From the NCBI GenBank assembly GCA_965112735.1, contig OZ218950.1, positions 5,642,001-5,706,000 on the forward strand: DNA of 64,000 bases. Direction: 5' to 3'. This document shows, piece by piece, positions 47,378 to 60,379 of this stretch; positions within the stretch are counted from its first letter, which is position 1, and every line of letters starts with the position of its first letter. The DNA comes from Phaeosaccion multiseriatum. Lineage: Eukaryota; Protista; Ochrophyta, other classes. The notes under the pieces are model-generated. The model was not told where the DNA came from. It worked only from the letters and a program-made list of their open reading frames with translations, and did not search any database. The translations under genes were made by a program, and so were the position numbers.

Positions 47378-50300
47378 CTACCGGACCAGCGGCGTGCTGG
47401 CTCTCCTCTCGCTGCCCCTCCTCTCAAACATATCCGGCGCATCCAACGTGGCCACGGTGAGCGAACCCCTGCGGCCCTGCGGCGAGAAGGGGATCTTGAC
47501 GAGCGAGGACGACGCCCGCCTCTCTGACAGGGGCCTCTCTTTCAAACCCCGCCCCGCCCCCCCCCCTCCTCTCGCCTCCTCCACGATGGCAGCAGCCCCC
47601 TCCCCTGGGTGGCCTCCCCCTCCTCCTCCTCCTCCTCCTCCTCCTCCTCCTCCTCCGCTTGTGTCCCTTGTATCCCCCTCTGTGAAGTAGGTGAGTAGGG
47701 ACGGGTCAGAGGGAGTGGTGGTGGGGCGGCGGTATGGACCGTAGGAACTCGAGAGGAACGGCTGCGGAGATGGAGCCTGCGGTGGGGAGGAGTGGTGCGA
47801 GTATCGACGCTCCTGCTGGTGCTGCTGCTGCTGCTGGTGTTGGTGCTGGTGCTGGTGCTCCTGCTGGTGCTGGTGCTGGTGCTGGTGCTGGTGCTGGTGC
47901 GGATGCTCCTGCAGCGGCCCTGTCGGGGAGTTGTAGGACATGGGCCGTTGTTGCACCGTGCCGCTGCTGTAGAACGAGCCCCCGATGTCGGCAGAGGTCT
48001 GCCTGCTTTCCATACCCGTTCGCACGTTGGAAGTTCAACGCGACGCATGGGAAAACACGTCAGCACACACGCAGAGAGATAGATAGAGAGAGAGTGGGGG
48101 AGAGTGAGAGAGAGAGAGCAAAGGTGGGGTGGGCGTCTCAGCCATCAGTCCCCCCCTACGTCAAGGCGAGCAAGCAAGGCGAGCCGTACACTGCGATACT
48201 CGATACTCCGATCACTTGTTCAGCCCTCCTGGATGGGCTTTGGGGGCTTTCTTCGCCACCCCCAAAGATAGACAAATGCCCCCCCCCCAAAACAAGCAAG
48301 CTCCACTCACCTCGACCACAGCTCCCCTCCCCTGTCCATTCTCGCCGATTCGTCTCTGTCTATACTGTATCTGCCTCTGAAGAGCCCCGCATCGCCTGCG
48401 CCGGACAGGAAGGGCACGCTCGCACTGCTGTTGTACTTGTGGAGATGGTGCGTGTGAGAGTGCGATTCCGTGGGCGTGTGCACCGCTTCTGTCGCCGCCC
48501 CCCCAAAGCCAGCGTGGTGAGTGAAGGCGTGCCCTCGGGGAATCGTTCGAGTGTGCTGTTGGTGTTGAAGTCGCGAGCGATGAAACAAAACAAGGCGGGC
48601 ATACCATACAGGGAGTGAAAGAATGTGAATGAGTGAGTGTGAACAAGACTCGAGGACAGAAGGCAGAGAGAAAGCTTGTCCGGGGACATACGACAGAGGA
48701 CATTAGGACAGACGACAGAAGATAGAGGAAACGAAACGAGAGACAAGAAAAGAAAGGAGAGAGAACGGAGGACAGGCCAGAACAACGGACAGAGTGCCAC
48801 AAAACATAATTGATCCCACGTACCGAAAGATGCCCACCCCCACCCCCGACCGGGGAAGAACACGACGCCGCGGAGCCCCTCCTGCCGCCGCCCCCCGGGA
48901 CCGCGCCCCCCTGGAGACCCCAGTGGTTGGTCTGCATCAGAGACTCCATCAAGGTGACCCACAAGAGGCGTTGTTGAGGGTCGGGGGCAAGGAGCTTGAA
49001 CGTTTTGGTGGTGTGTACGTGTCTCTCGGTGCCGGCCTTGATGTGCGCACCGGGGTATCTTCCCTCACCCCTGTACCGCACCACCACGTCGAAGCGGCAA
49101 CCCTTCCACTTCTTGACGGAGGGTTGCTCGATTTTGGTGATGAGGCGGAGAGGGATACTTCCTCGTTCCTCGATGGGTATGACGCCTGAAGCCGGGGGGG
49201 AGAGCGGGGGGGGGTGCAAGGAGCGAGAGGGGGTACCGGAAGGGCAAGGAGCGAGGGGTGAGAGGGGTGACGGGAAGGACGGACGGAGGGACTGCAGCGG
49301 AGGTAAGATAAGCACTAGATACGGGGCTTGCTTTCGTAGGCTCCCTCTCTCCTCTCTCTCTCTCCCTCTCCATCTGCATCTCTCTCCGTCTCGCTCTGCC
49401 TCCTCCTCCTCCTCCTCCTCCTCCTCTTCCTCCTCTTGCTGCTGCTCCGGCCACTGCTTTCAAAGGGCTTGCTCTCACTCACCCCAGGCCGAGGGTACAC
49501 AGCTTTTGTAGTACCGCAGCTCGCAGGACCCCGCATACAGCACAAAGTATCGGCTGAAGAGAGCGAGGGTCCATCGCAGAGCATCGATCGGAGAGCGTCG
49601 GAAGGGCGTCCGTCCGTCCATTCAAAGGGAAGGTCATGCCATCGGGAAGTCCATGCCGTCGGGTTCAAGTCGAGCATTCAAGTAGAGACCACCACCACGG
49701 TGCATACATAAACAAGAAGCAAGGAGGGTAGGAGCAGGTCACGTTAGTGATAGCGAGAAGGAAGGAGCGATCACCAAATGACCAACCACCTCTCTCAGGG
49801 GTAGTGGAGTACTTAATTCGGGCTTTCCTTCGCCCTTAGCTGTGCCGTTTGGGGGGGGGGAGGGGTGGTGTTGCTGTGTACCGAAAAGGAAAGGGGGGAA
49901 GGGTTCATATTCCCCCAATCATAAGCAATTACGCGTAGGCTTACGTACTTGTGCCACTGCAAGCCCCTGATTGTGCCCGGACTGAACTTCTCCAAGAAGC
50001 CTTCGAGGAGGATGCCCTGCTTCGTGCTGTGACGACTCTCCGACACGCCTGCTTTGAACATGGCCTCCGTGAAGGGCAGCGTCTTTGGGAGGAGGAGGAG
50101 GAGGAGGAGGAGGAGGAGGAGGAGGAGGAGGAGGAGGAGGAGGAGGAGGAGGAGGAGGAGGAGGAGGAGGAGGAGGAGGAGGAGGAGGAGGAGGAGGAGG
50201 AGGAGGAGGTTAGCAAAGACAAGTGCGAAAGATGTGCTGGTGCGAAGGCGGCCTTCTGGGGTCGAGCTTCGCGAGAGCGCGTCTTCAGAGTTGCTTCACC

Positions 50301-50742
50301 CACACTGCAGGCAGGCAGGCAGGCAGACAAACACTCGAAGGCGCCTTGTCTTGTTACTTTACGTCACCACCGTCAGTGCGCTCATAGTCTTTTTACCTGG
50401 GCCGTTTGCCGTTGGGTAGACGGGAGGAGGTGGGATACCGTGATGCTTCCTCTTCGCTTGGAGGGTGGACCCACAGCCGCCGTGGTGTTCGCTGAGGGGG
50501 GGAGGAGGAAGGGGAGGGAGGGGAGGGAGGGGGGGCAGCAAGGCAGAGGCGGAGTGTTTGTCAGTATCTGTTGGTAGTAGTACAGGAGAGCAAACGTTTG
50601 TGTGGTGCCTGACAGCAGAGAGCGAGATGGCGATAACCACACCAACAAACCCCATGCGTGCACCACATACGTATGTATACGTACGTAGACAGACAGATAC
50701 ATAGATAGATGGACAGATAGAAAGAAAATAAGATAGATACAC

Positions 50743-50791
<49 letters not shown>

Positions 50792-53700
50792 TATAGACAG
50801 ATAGATAGAGTAAAAGAGAGAGATGGACAGATAGAAAAAAAGGACATACGTACGTACATACATACATACATACATACATACATACATACATACATACATA
50901 CATACATACGTACATACATACATACATACATACAACTAACACAAAGGGTGGATGGGTGGATGGTGGGATGGACGGATAGCGGGGGAGACGGACTCACGTT
51001 GCTGCCTGGGGCCGGCGGCGCTGAAGCGCCTCTCCATGCTCGCCCTCTGTCCGATGTACTGCGTTACTGCCTGGGGTAACGACGGCTCGCCCCCAAAGAA
51101 GGCCCTCTCCTCGTCGTCATCGTCATCGTCGAAGAGACCATCCGTCCCCGCCGGGAAGTCGTCTCCCTCGTAGGCTGGACCGCGAGAGGAGTATCCGTCC
51201 CCCTCGTCCTTCTCCTCCTCCTCCTCCTCCGACGCGTCGTCATCTGTCTGTCGGTACCTGTCGAGCAGGGATGCCATCGGTGGACTGTCCTGCCGCCTCG
51301 GCTCGGGGTGCTGGTTTCGGAGTGTGATGGCTCCTGCCCCGCCTCCTAAGGGTCCTCCTCCTCCTCCTCCTCCTCCTCCTCCTCCTCTGCCACTCTCTCC
51401 GGTGGCGGCGCTGTTCCTCCGACTGTTTCTCCTCGACTGTCGGCGGCTCGGCGAAGCTTGGGGAGACCCTGCAGGAGAGGTGAGAGGAGAAGACCCCTCC
51501 TCGTTGTTCTTCTTTGCCTGCAGATGAGATTGATTTCGTATCATCGACACGACAAGAAGGAAGGAACAAGGCATACTTGAGTCACGGCATGCCACGCAAA
51601 GGCAGAACACACATGCTCTTCACACGCATGTCTATACTTTAGTACGTTGGTCCTCTTCCAGCAAGGCCAGCACTTTCTTCTTACCGTTCGGTGGGTCAGC
51701 CTACCACTGCCCCACTTGCCCAGCGTTTTGAGCTTCTCCAGGCCCCACTTTGGAGAGAGAGGGCTGACCGGCCTGCCTATTTCTCCCACCCGTCCGGCGC
51801 CTGCCTCGCTCCGCTGCTGCTGCTGCTGTTGCCCCGCGGGAGTACCACCTCCAGATTCGTACCTGTTTGTTGGTTTGTTTTATTAGGGAGGGCACCACGA
51901 AGCAAGGAGGCGAAGAAACGGTTTCGAAGGTAAGTAAGTAAGGAAGTAAGGAGAGAAAAGTATCATCGCCCCCACTACCACAGCCAATCAACCACAAGTA
52001 GGGATAAGCGCGGCACGGCACCACAGGGCGTAGACAGGAAGGCCGCTCTCTTCCTTCTCCTTTTCGTCTCACCCGGAGGAAAGCGATGCGGGTGATTGCG
52101 GCTCTTCGTCAGAGGACTCCATACTGTCATACTGCCCTGCCTCAGCAGCCTGAGCCCCTCCTCCGTCCTTCTCCCCTCTGAGAGAGTTCTTCCTGAACAT
52201 TTGCTGCAAAGCAAAAAATGCAGCAACAACGAGGGAGAAGAAGAGAGAAGCGGAGGAAGATAAGTAGGGTGTTGGAGAGACAGACATGCACAGTTGAGCT
52301 TGCTTGCATGCTTGCTCCACGTACATACACCCCCCCTCACCTTGAGCAGTCCCATGCCGCTGGAAGGGCGCCTCTTCCTGCCCTGCTGCTCACTCCGGCC
52401 GCTGCCACCGTCAGCCCTTGCTCTGCTGTCGTCACTGTCAGAATCCCCTTCAGAAGACGCGAACGCACCGCTCCGAGAAGGCCTCGCCGTGGCCTTCGGT
52501 CTCGCCGTCGGCGTCTGCTCAGGGCTCACACCAGTGGTCGAAGGGCTCACACCAGTGGTCGAAGGGCTCACACCAGTGGTCGAAGGGCTCACACCAGTGG
52601 TCGAAGGCGTGGATGAGGCCTCTTCCTCCGTGGCGCTATTCTTGTCTCGGGCGGGCCCTTTGGTTCCGCCGCCGCGGGACGTTCCATCTACACTGCGAGT
52701 TCGACTCTGACTCCGTCTTCTCTCCCCACCTCCCTCGTTCGCCACGACCCCTCGCCCCCTGCTCTGCTCTGCCTCCTCCTGCTGCTGCTCGTGCTCGTGC
52801 TTCTGTCCCTCCTCCTCATCATCTTGCTCCTCCTCCTCCTCCTCCTCCTCCTCCTCCGCCTCCACCTCCTCCCTCTCCTCCTCTTCATCATTGCCGCTTC
52901 TATCGCCGGCTGACGATGCGTATTGCCGCCGCCCCACTGCACTGCTTCCTCCCCCCCCCCTCCCACTGGGAGTAAGCGACGGGGATGGCGTATGTCGCCC
53001 GCTTCCACCGCTCTGACGCCGGCTCCTCGCAGGAGGAGAGTCCTGCTGCCTCGACTTTATCGAAGGCGAAGCGGACCTGTTGGGTGTCCGGCGCCCCTCC
53101 TCCGCCCCTCCTGATGCCCCCCTCGCGGCAGACCCTCTTCGTCGGGGGGACGGTGAACGGTCCGACCCACTGCTGTAGTCCTCCTCCTCTTCTCCTTCCT
53201 CATCGTCTTCGAGAAGGTCCATGTCGTCCTGTGTGTGGTTGTACCGATGCGAGCATGCACGTCATGCGGCCACAGAGGAGCAAGGTACAGTTAAGGAAGG
53301 AGCAAGGGTGTACTGCTGCTGGGGCAGCTGGGCAGTGCTGTGTCATTAAGAAGAAACGGCGTTTCCTCTCTCTCTCTCCCTCTCTCTCTCTCTCTCCCTC
53401 TCCCTCTCTCTCTCTCCCTTTCTCCACCCCCTTGAACGCTGTTGGGTCAGGGCAGAGGAGTCAAACAGCCACCCACCCACCCATCCACCCACCCACTTAC
53501 CTCGTGTACCCACTTCTGCACAGAGCCATCCTGGAGCTCTACTCGGAAGGTCCCGTCTCTGTTGGCCAACATCACCGTCCCCTCTTTGACTGCTCCGTTT
53601 GCCATGTACACCTCCACCGGATCTCCCGCCAAAAAATCCTTTTCCGTCTCCCCCGTTTCCTGTTGCTGCGGGATATTTCTTCGCGGCGAGTGCGATGGGG

Positions 53701-54544
53701 GCGGCTTGTGCGAGCCCAATGCCTTGGACAGTGATTGGGACCCTAACCCCGAGCGGGGAAGGGCAGACGACGAGGGCGCCGCGGCAGCAGAGGCTCGAGG
53801 GGTGGAGAGGCTTTTGTTGCCTCCTTTCTGACCTCCTTGTGCATTCTGCTGCCACCGGGCAGGAGGGCTGCGCTCGCTCGCGGTGGAATCTGTGAAGGAG
53901 TCTTCTTCATCGACGTTGTTGACCCACCGCCGACCGCTGTGTGATTCAGGGGAGTGAGTGAACACAGCAATCGAATACTCGTGGGATGAGGAAAGGAACG
54001 AGAGAAGTAGGCCGCCATTGAGGGGATGATTGTGGCTGCCAGAATAGCAGGCAAGCAAACGGACCACTTCGGGCCGACCCCTTTGCACTTACACAGTAGG
54101 AGAGGGGGTAGCGGAGGTTTGTCGTGCGTTGGCGGATGGGGACCTCGATCGTCCGGCCACTTTGGAGGAATAGGACCTCCTCCGTGTGGGGGACGGGGAC
54201 GGGCTGAAAGAGGTTACGGAGATGGAGTCCTCCGCATCTTCAGCATCCGAGCCTTCTTCTCGCCGCCCCTTCTGCCTTCCCCGAACAGCAGCGTTCCCTT
54301 CCACTTCATCACTGTTGCGCTCTCTCTTAGCCACCTCCGCATTGGTCAGGTGGACCAGCGTGTTCCAGCTGAGGTCGCTCAGTTTGCAGCCCACCACCGC
54401 AGCAGCAAGCGCAAAGTCTCCCGTCTGCCTCTTTATTTGCTTCGCCAGCTCTGCCCTGCTCACTTCAGCTCGATCGTTTGCAGCGCACTTATCGAAGGCT
54501 TTACGCAGCTCTTTGAGCGTGATGCCTCCATCATCTGCTCCCAT
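47378..54544 (-). CDS. Large, mostly disordered multi-exon protein with PH domain, N-terminal EF-hand-like helices and a Tudor/SH3-like segment
   Basis: PH: [36 protein letters not shown]...[14 protein letters not shown]...[19 protein letters not shown]-terminal [53 protein letters not shown]. Ser/Arg/acidic linkers. Some junctions are uncertain and it could be two genes. Confidence 0.7.
50697..50933. repeat. (GATA)n and (CATA)n tracts, intronic
   Basis: Tandem agat then acat units. Confidence 0.9.
52521..52606. repeat. 21-bp coding repeat x4 (STTGVSP)
   Basis: agggctcacaccagtggtcga x4. Confidence 0.9.
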
Positions 54545-54717
54545 TGCAGCAGCCCGCACTATGAGGAGGGTGCTTGGAAGAAGAAAAAAATATCGTGTTG
54601 ATCTCCGTTACACCCGCCAACCGGATTCCGGATTCGAACCTGTCTAGATGGCACTCCACGTTTCCACTTTTCCTTCTTTCTCTTTTCTTTCCTTCCCTTT
54701 CATCCTGCGCAACCAAG

Positions 54718-55317
54718 ATGTCTTTGGCTATTCGGGGACTCAGGCAGCGGATTCTTCCGGCCTTCTACGGTGCGAAGTAAGTATTCCCACCCCATAGGCG
54801 CCGAAACGCCCCGTCTAACGTTAACTGGATGATGCCCTCCCCGATTATCCCCCCTCTCATTGAGAAAGCGTGAGCAGATTTCAGCTCGGCTGTGGCTGCA
54901 GTAATGGTAGGAGCAAGACCACTACTAGCGGGAGCTCTGGGGATGCGGCCAAGTCGGCGGAAGAGTCCATGGCCGCGTTGCTGACGTCTAAGCTCGAGGC
55001 TACAGAGGTTGTTGTCAATGATATATCGGGAGGGTGCGGCTCCATGTACAGTGCGTTTGTGGCGTCGCCTCATTTTAAAGGTATTGGCCTGGTCAAGCAG
55101 CACAAGTTGGTGAAGGAGGTGAGTCCCCCCCTTGATGTCGTCGGACGAGGTTTTGCCCAAACACCCGGTGCTGATCGATGCAGCCCTGTGCCTTCCCCCC
55201 CGCAATAAATGTAATATATATATAATATATATAATATATATATATATATATCAGGTCCTCAAGTCGGAAATTGCTGAAATGCACGGAATCACCATCAAGA
55301 CGAAGATCAGTGAATAG
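54718..55317 (+). CDS. BOLA3: BolA-family protein, BOLA3-like (exons 54718-54776, 54878-55118, 55255-55317)
   Basis: VVNDISGGCGSMY..FVASPHFKGIGLVKQHKLVKE|VLKSEIAEMHGITIKT; mitochondrial-like presequence MSLAIRGLRQRIL. Confidence 0.9.
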
Positions 55318-55796
55318 GAGAGAAGTGAGTGGGAGGGGGACGGAAGAGGAACAGGTCTGCCCTCCTCACGGTGGATCTCAGAAGATGAGAGTATCTCGTA
55401 GACCTGCGGACCTCTGCCTGGGCGTAAACAGGGGCTGCTCTCGCGCCCTTGCCAAGCCCGGGAAGGAATGAATAAATGACATCTCGACCACTGGTTGAGG
55501 GGGGCAAACACGCAGAGCAAATAGAGAGGAGAGGTCTCGAGGCAAGGCGCCAAAGGTATCAGCACAGTGGGTACGCAAAATTCGCAAATGCCGTGTGTCG
55601 ATTATCTTAACTAAAAGAGAGGCCTTCTGTGATGCCGGGCCCGTGGTTGGGCGTGAGCCTGAGCGGCACCCCCCAAAAACGAGTCCCAGGTATAGAAACT
55701 TAGGTTTCACTACAGATAAACCAAAACACCAAAAGCACAAGCCTCTTCTCCTGCTCTCTATCCGACGACGCCCGCCCCGCTCAGCACTCAGAGCAC

Positions 55797-57773
55797 TCAG
55801 CAGCGGAAGTCGTTGCTCTTCCAGTACACCCTGCCCGGCACCATGCCGCTCTTGCTCTTGATGGCCAGGGCCTCGTTGAGCGTCGTGTCATCCCCCAACA
55901 TCCCGCACTCCATGTACATGTGCAGCGCAGACGTGAACTCTGCTTGCGAGTACCGCTCCGGCATGATGGTCCACTTCCCGTACAGAGGCGTGGCCCATGT
56001 CTCTTCGAACTTTGGAATACGTAGCTTCACCTTCTTGAACCTGCTGATGCTCCTGGTGCTCTTCTTCTTGCGGTACTTCTTCTTGGGCATCTTGTCTGAG
56101 GCCTCGGGGTGGTTCTGCGTGCAGGCGCACACCGTAATGCCAAAGGCCAAATCCTTGTTAGACAACGGCTCTGGGGTACGGGCCGCTCGCTCCCGATCGG
56201 TGAACATCTCCTTCGTGTCCGGGGGGATTGGCGGCGCCATCTTGGCCGGGAACTCCATAAACGGGGCCACGAGACTTAATCGGTCTCCCTCCACCTTCTT
56301 CTGCTTGGGCATGGGCTTGTCGTCCGTCAGCTTGAAAGGGAAGGTAGTCCAGATGCTGGGCTGGAAAAAGTGGTTGTACTCGTCGATGGCAATCAGCACA
56401 GGCACCTCTGTGCTCTGCCCCAGCACAGTGCGAATATCGACAATGGCAGTGGAGGCCAGCTCCATGTCGTCCACTCCTCGCTGCACCAAGTCCAAGAGAG
56501 TCAATTCTTCTTCTTCTTCTTCTTCTTCTTCTTCTTCTTCTTCTTGCCCAGCGGCCTCGCCTTCGCCCCCTGCTGCTGCCTGCTTGTCCCCTTTCCCCAA
56601 CGCAGCCCATCTCCCCTGCACGTCCACATCCTTCACCTTGACCTTGCGCAAAAGGCTGGGATCATGGGCCTTTTGAAAGAGCTCCAGCAGCTTCTTGGCA
56701 TCAATCGGCTGGTCGAAAAAGCCCGGGAAATGCTTGCTGGGCTGAATGTAGTGTCCTTTCGTCACCAAATCCCTGCCCTTGGGCACGAACCACACGATCC
56801 ACTCCTTGGACGTGCGAGCCTTGTGCACGACATGGTTGACGGTCGCGCTTTTGCCTATCATCCTCTCGCCCCGAATGAGAAATCGCTGGTGTCCCTTGCC
56901 CTCGTGCTGCACTTGCTCCATTGCGCGGATAATGCCTGTGGCTGGTTCCCGCTCCATGATGCCATTGTAGATGGCCCTGGACGTCAGGTAGAACTCATCC
57001 TGCAGCCCCCCGCACAGCCCCTCGGGCATAACCGAGTCGAGCTTGTCCATGTCCACGGGGTAGTAGCTAACCGATTCGTTCGAGTTCATGTAGAAAGACG
57101 TCTTGATCCCGTCCCAAGCATTGTCTATATCGGCTTGGGTAATCTCCCCCGCCGCAATTTGCTCCCGCGTCAGGCCCCCGCTGGGTTGCATCAAGCCCCA
57201 GCCCGCCCAATCCTTCTGCAGCTCCTGCGTCCTCTCCTCCAGTTTGGCGTCCCCCTCGTTTCCTGCAACTGAAGACACCTTGAGCGTTCTGGCAGCCTTC
57301 TTGGCGTGTGCAGCTTTCCAGATAGCGGCCTTCTCCTTCTCACCAAGCCTCTCCCACTCTTCCATTCTCTTGCGCTCTAATCTAAAGCCGATCTCCTCCT
57401 CGTCCAGCGGCCCCTCCTCACTGAGCAACTCTGACGCCTCCATCTCCCCCTCCTCCCTGACCAACTCTGACGGCTCCATCTCCTCGTCTTGCCGTGGTTC
57501 CCAGCTCGCAGGGGGTAAACGATAAGTGCTCATCGACCTTCTACTTTCAGCACTACCCCTCGTAGCCCCGGGGAACCGCAGCGACGGGAGTCCCTGCCAT
57601 GTTCCGGCGGCTGCTGCTGCTGGTCCTCCTCCTCCTCCTCCAGCTGCCCCTGCTGCTCTTAGCCGCCGTGAAGCGTAAGCCAGACTCCTCCTGCGGCCAC
57701 CACCGCGGCCGGCAGAAGTAGCGGCGGCAACAGCAGCGGCAGCAGCAGTGGTGCAACACCGCCGCGCAAGCAT
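55797..57773 (-). CDS. DAP3: Mitoribosomal protein mS29 / DAP3
   Basis: Presequence MLARRCC..; P-loop FLIRGERMIGKS; WIVWFVP; GFFDQPIDAKKLL..F; PVLIAIDEYNHFF; single exon. Confidence 0.85.
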   Translation of the reverse strand: MLARRCCTTAAAAAVAAATSAGRGGGRRRSLAYASRRLRAAGAAGGGGGGPAAAAAGTWQGLPSLRFPGATRGSAESRRSMSTYRLPPASWEPRQDEEMEPSELVREEGEMEASELLSEEGPLDEEEIGFRLERKRMEEWERLGEKEKAAIWKAAHAKKAARTLKVSSVAGNEGDAKLEERTQELQKDWAGWGLMQPSGGLTREQIAAGEITQADIDNAWDGIKTSFYMNSNESVSYYPVDMDKLDSVMPEGLCGGLQDEFYLTSRAIYNGIMEREPATGIIRAMEQVQHEGKGHQRFLIRGERMIGKSATVNHVVHKARTSKEWIVWFVPKGRDLVTKGHYIQPSKHFPGFFDQPIDAKKLLELFQKAHDPSLLRKVKVKDVDVQGRWAALGKGDKQAAAGGEGEAAGQEEEEEEEEEEEEELTLLDLVQRGVDDMELASTAIVDIRTVLGQSTEVPVLIAIDEYNHFFQPSIWTTFPFKLTDDKPMPKQKKVEGDRLSLVAPFMEFPAKMAPPIPPDTKEMFTDRERAARTPEPLSNKDLAFGITVCACTQNHPEASDKMPKKKYRKKKSTRSISRFKKVKLRIPKFEETWATPLYGKWTIMPERYSQAEFTSALHMYMECGMLGDDTTLNEALAIKSKSGMVPGRVYWKSNDFRC

Positions 57774-57904
57774 GATACCTGAGAGAGATCTGGAGGGGGA
57801 GGAGAAAAGGATGAGGAGAGGCTGGAGAGCTGAAACTAAAACTACTTGAGACGTCGAGAGGGGTCGGGCGGTGCGCCCGGGCAGTCCCAGCCCTCCGCCA
57901 CGGC

Positions 57905-59785
57905 ATGAGCTATGGCGGGAAGCAGCCGCAACAACAACAAGGACCCCCCAGCCAAGCGTACGATGCCAATGCCTATGCCAATAGCCTCTACTTGGACGTT
58001 ATCGGGGACACGGCTAGCTGGGCTCAGAAGAACGACTCTGGCTCGAAAACGGGCCATCAGCAGTCCAAGGTGTGCCCATTTGCCGCCTTGAAGGGGCGCT
58101 GTATGTTCCTGTCCCGTCCTTACTCTGCCTGGCTCGCGTGTGCCGCTCCTGCGTTGCCACAGATTCCAATTTCGTAATTTTCCCAAACCCCCCACCCTTC
58201 CTTCCTCCCTCCCTCCCTCTCTTCGTCGTGATGCTGTCTGTGCCAATTGTGCTCTGTTCGAAAGCTGAGCATTGCCCTTGAGAAGAGCAAGGGCGTGGGG
58301 CTTGACCGCAACTTGCCCCTCTACGATATTGCAGTAATTGGGGCGCAAGTGAGGAAGGAGGTGAGAAGGAGGAGAGGGACGTGCGGAGGTGGAAGTGTGT
58401 GCTCAAGTCTATGGGCTAGAAGTCAGCTTGGTCTCAGAAACTGCTCTCGAAGACTCAGCCCTTGCCTCTGTCAGTTCATCAGCCTCTCTCCACAGTAAGT
58501 CTGCTCGGGGGCAGGCACCGCAACTCCCGGTGCTTCAACAACCTTTTAACCTTTATTCTCGGCCGTTACCTTGTTTGTCCCTCGTTGGTGGCTCCCTTGC
58601 ATTCCCGACTGCTGTTGCTGCTGCTACTGCTGTCCAGGGTTTTTTCGCGGGCTCCAACTTCGGCCCAAAGCACAATTACATTGAATACGTGGTGAAGGTC
58701 ACAAGGGTCAAAGATGGGGCCACTTGCACTGTTTGTCGGCGCTACAAGGTCCTTCGTTCCTTCTACGAAGAGCTGCTGGAGCAGGGTATCATCGACAAGG
58801 AGAGAGATGCGGAGCTCAATCTGCCAGACTTCCCCACCAAAAAGGTGCCTGCCGACCTTGTGTGTGGAGCGCTGGCATACCAGTGAAAACCTAAACTAAG
58901 CTGGGCTCATTCGAGCGACTGTCTTTGTGTATCGATGGCGGCCTCACTTCCTTGCCCCCCAACCCCCCGGCCTTCCTGCTTGCTACACGCACCAGATGAT
59001 CTCCGAAGAGACGTTTCTGTTCGAGAGAGCAGACACGGAGAGTACGCTGGTGAAGCTGCGAAAGGAGGAACTCAACAACTTTTTTAGGAAATTATTCAAT
59101 AGGGTGAGTGAGGTGTTTCCCCTGGCGCGCACAGCTTTACGCGCTTCAGCTCCACCTGTCACCCTGTCCTTGCTAACTGATGCCCACTACCTGCCTCACC
59201 CCCCTTTATCCCTATTGAAACCCTTTTCTTCTTCCGCCTTTCTTACCGTGATACAAATCGCGCGTGATTTGCGCTGCGAGAGCAGAAGCCCGACCTTTGG
59301 AAGGAGAATTTGACACACCAGTTCTTCAACATGGAGTCCATGGACGTGGGCAGGAGTTACGCAGAGAGCCGCTTCGACCCAAGTGGCACAGGCCAGCAGA
59401 AAGGAGAAGGCGAGGGGGTCGGCTTCGACTCCTCCCTCGGGACATTCAACCCCAGCGACCCTGCGCAATGGAACCCGTATACCATGGCCATGCAGGCATC
59501 GGAGGCCACCCGAGCGCAGAACTACCCGCAGCAGACGGAGGCCTGGCGGGAGGGGCGGACAGCGGCGGCAGGAGCTGGAGGAGGTGGAGGCCGGGGGCGC
59601 GGTGCTCGCCAGCAGCAGCAGAGGCAGCCGATAGGTGGAGCACCGTCGGGGGGTGCGCCTAACGCCGGTTTGGTGAGGTCCTTGTGCGAGATGGGGTTTG
59701 AGGAGGGACAGGCTACGCAGGCACTGGTGGCGTCCGGTGGCGACGCTAATCTCGCGGCGGAGTATTGTATGAATGGGAAGATTCC

Positions 59786-59816
<31 letters not shown>

Positions 59817-60134
59817 CAGCAACCGCGAAGAATAGGCGGCGGTCCGGGCCCCCCTCCCTATGTCGCCACCCCTCCGCAGCCCCCCCAGCCCCGCCAGCCA
59901 CACAGGGGAGTGTTTGGAGGAGGAACCATGGCAGGGGCCTCATCGCTCTCCTCTGCAGGCACCGGTAGCACAACAGGGTATCCGGCAGGAGGAGGAGACC
60001 CCGGTCGATGGGGAGGCAGCGAGGGAGGCGCGGGGAACGGTGGCAGCAGAAGCAGTGGCAGTGGGGTGTACAGCGGCGGCCGATCCCCATACCCAAAGCC
60101 AGGTTCAGGGGGCTCTGGGACAGTAGATGTGTAA
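57905..60134 (+). CDS. PX-domain plus UBA-domain protein (~5 exons)
   Basis: YIEYVVKV...TVCRRYKVLRSFYEELL...LPDFPTKK|...KLRKEELNNFFRKL (PX); LVRSLCEMGFEEGQATQALVASGGDANLAAEY (UBA, MGF motif). Confidence 0.85.
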
Positions 60135-60379
60135 AGACGAGGGGTAGAGACGATTGCTAAGGAGCTCTTTCCTTCCCGGGTGGAATCCAATGTTCATATT
60201 GTGTATCCAGCAAAGGCCTTTGATGTGGAGGAGTGAGAGGAGCGGTACACACTCCACTCTGCCATCTGTGACAGTCGAGGCCAAGCCCAGGCCAGGCCAG
60301 GCCAGGCCGCCTACTGCGGGACCGTCCAGTGTTTCGACGCGTCTCAGTGCCAAGCGCGAGCCTTCCTTGACAGGCAGAC

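Noticed and set aside
54600-54680. Possible tRNA around GGTTCGAATCC
   Set aside because: T-stem pairs only 2 bp; no acceptor, D or anticodon stems.
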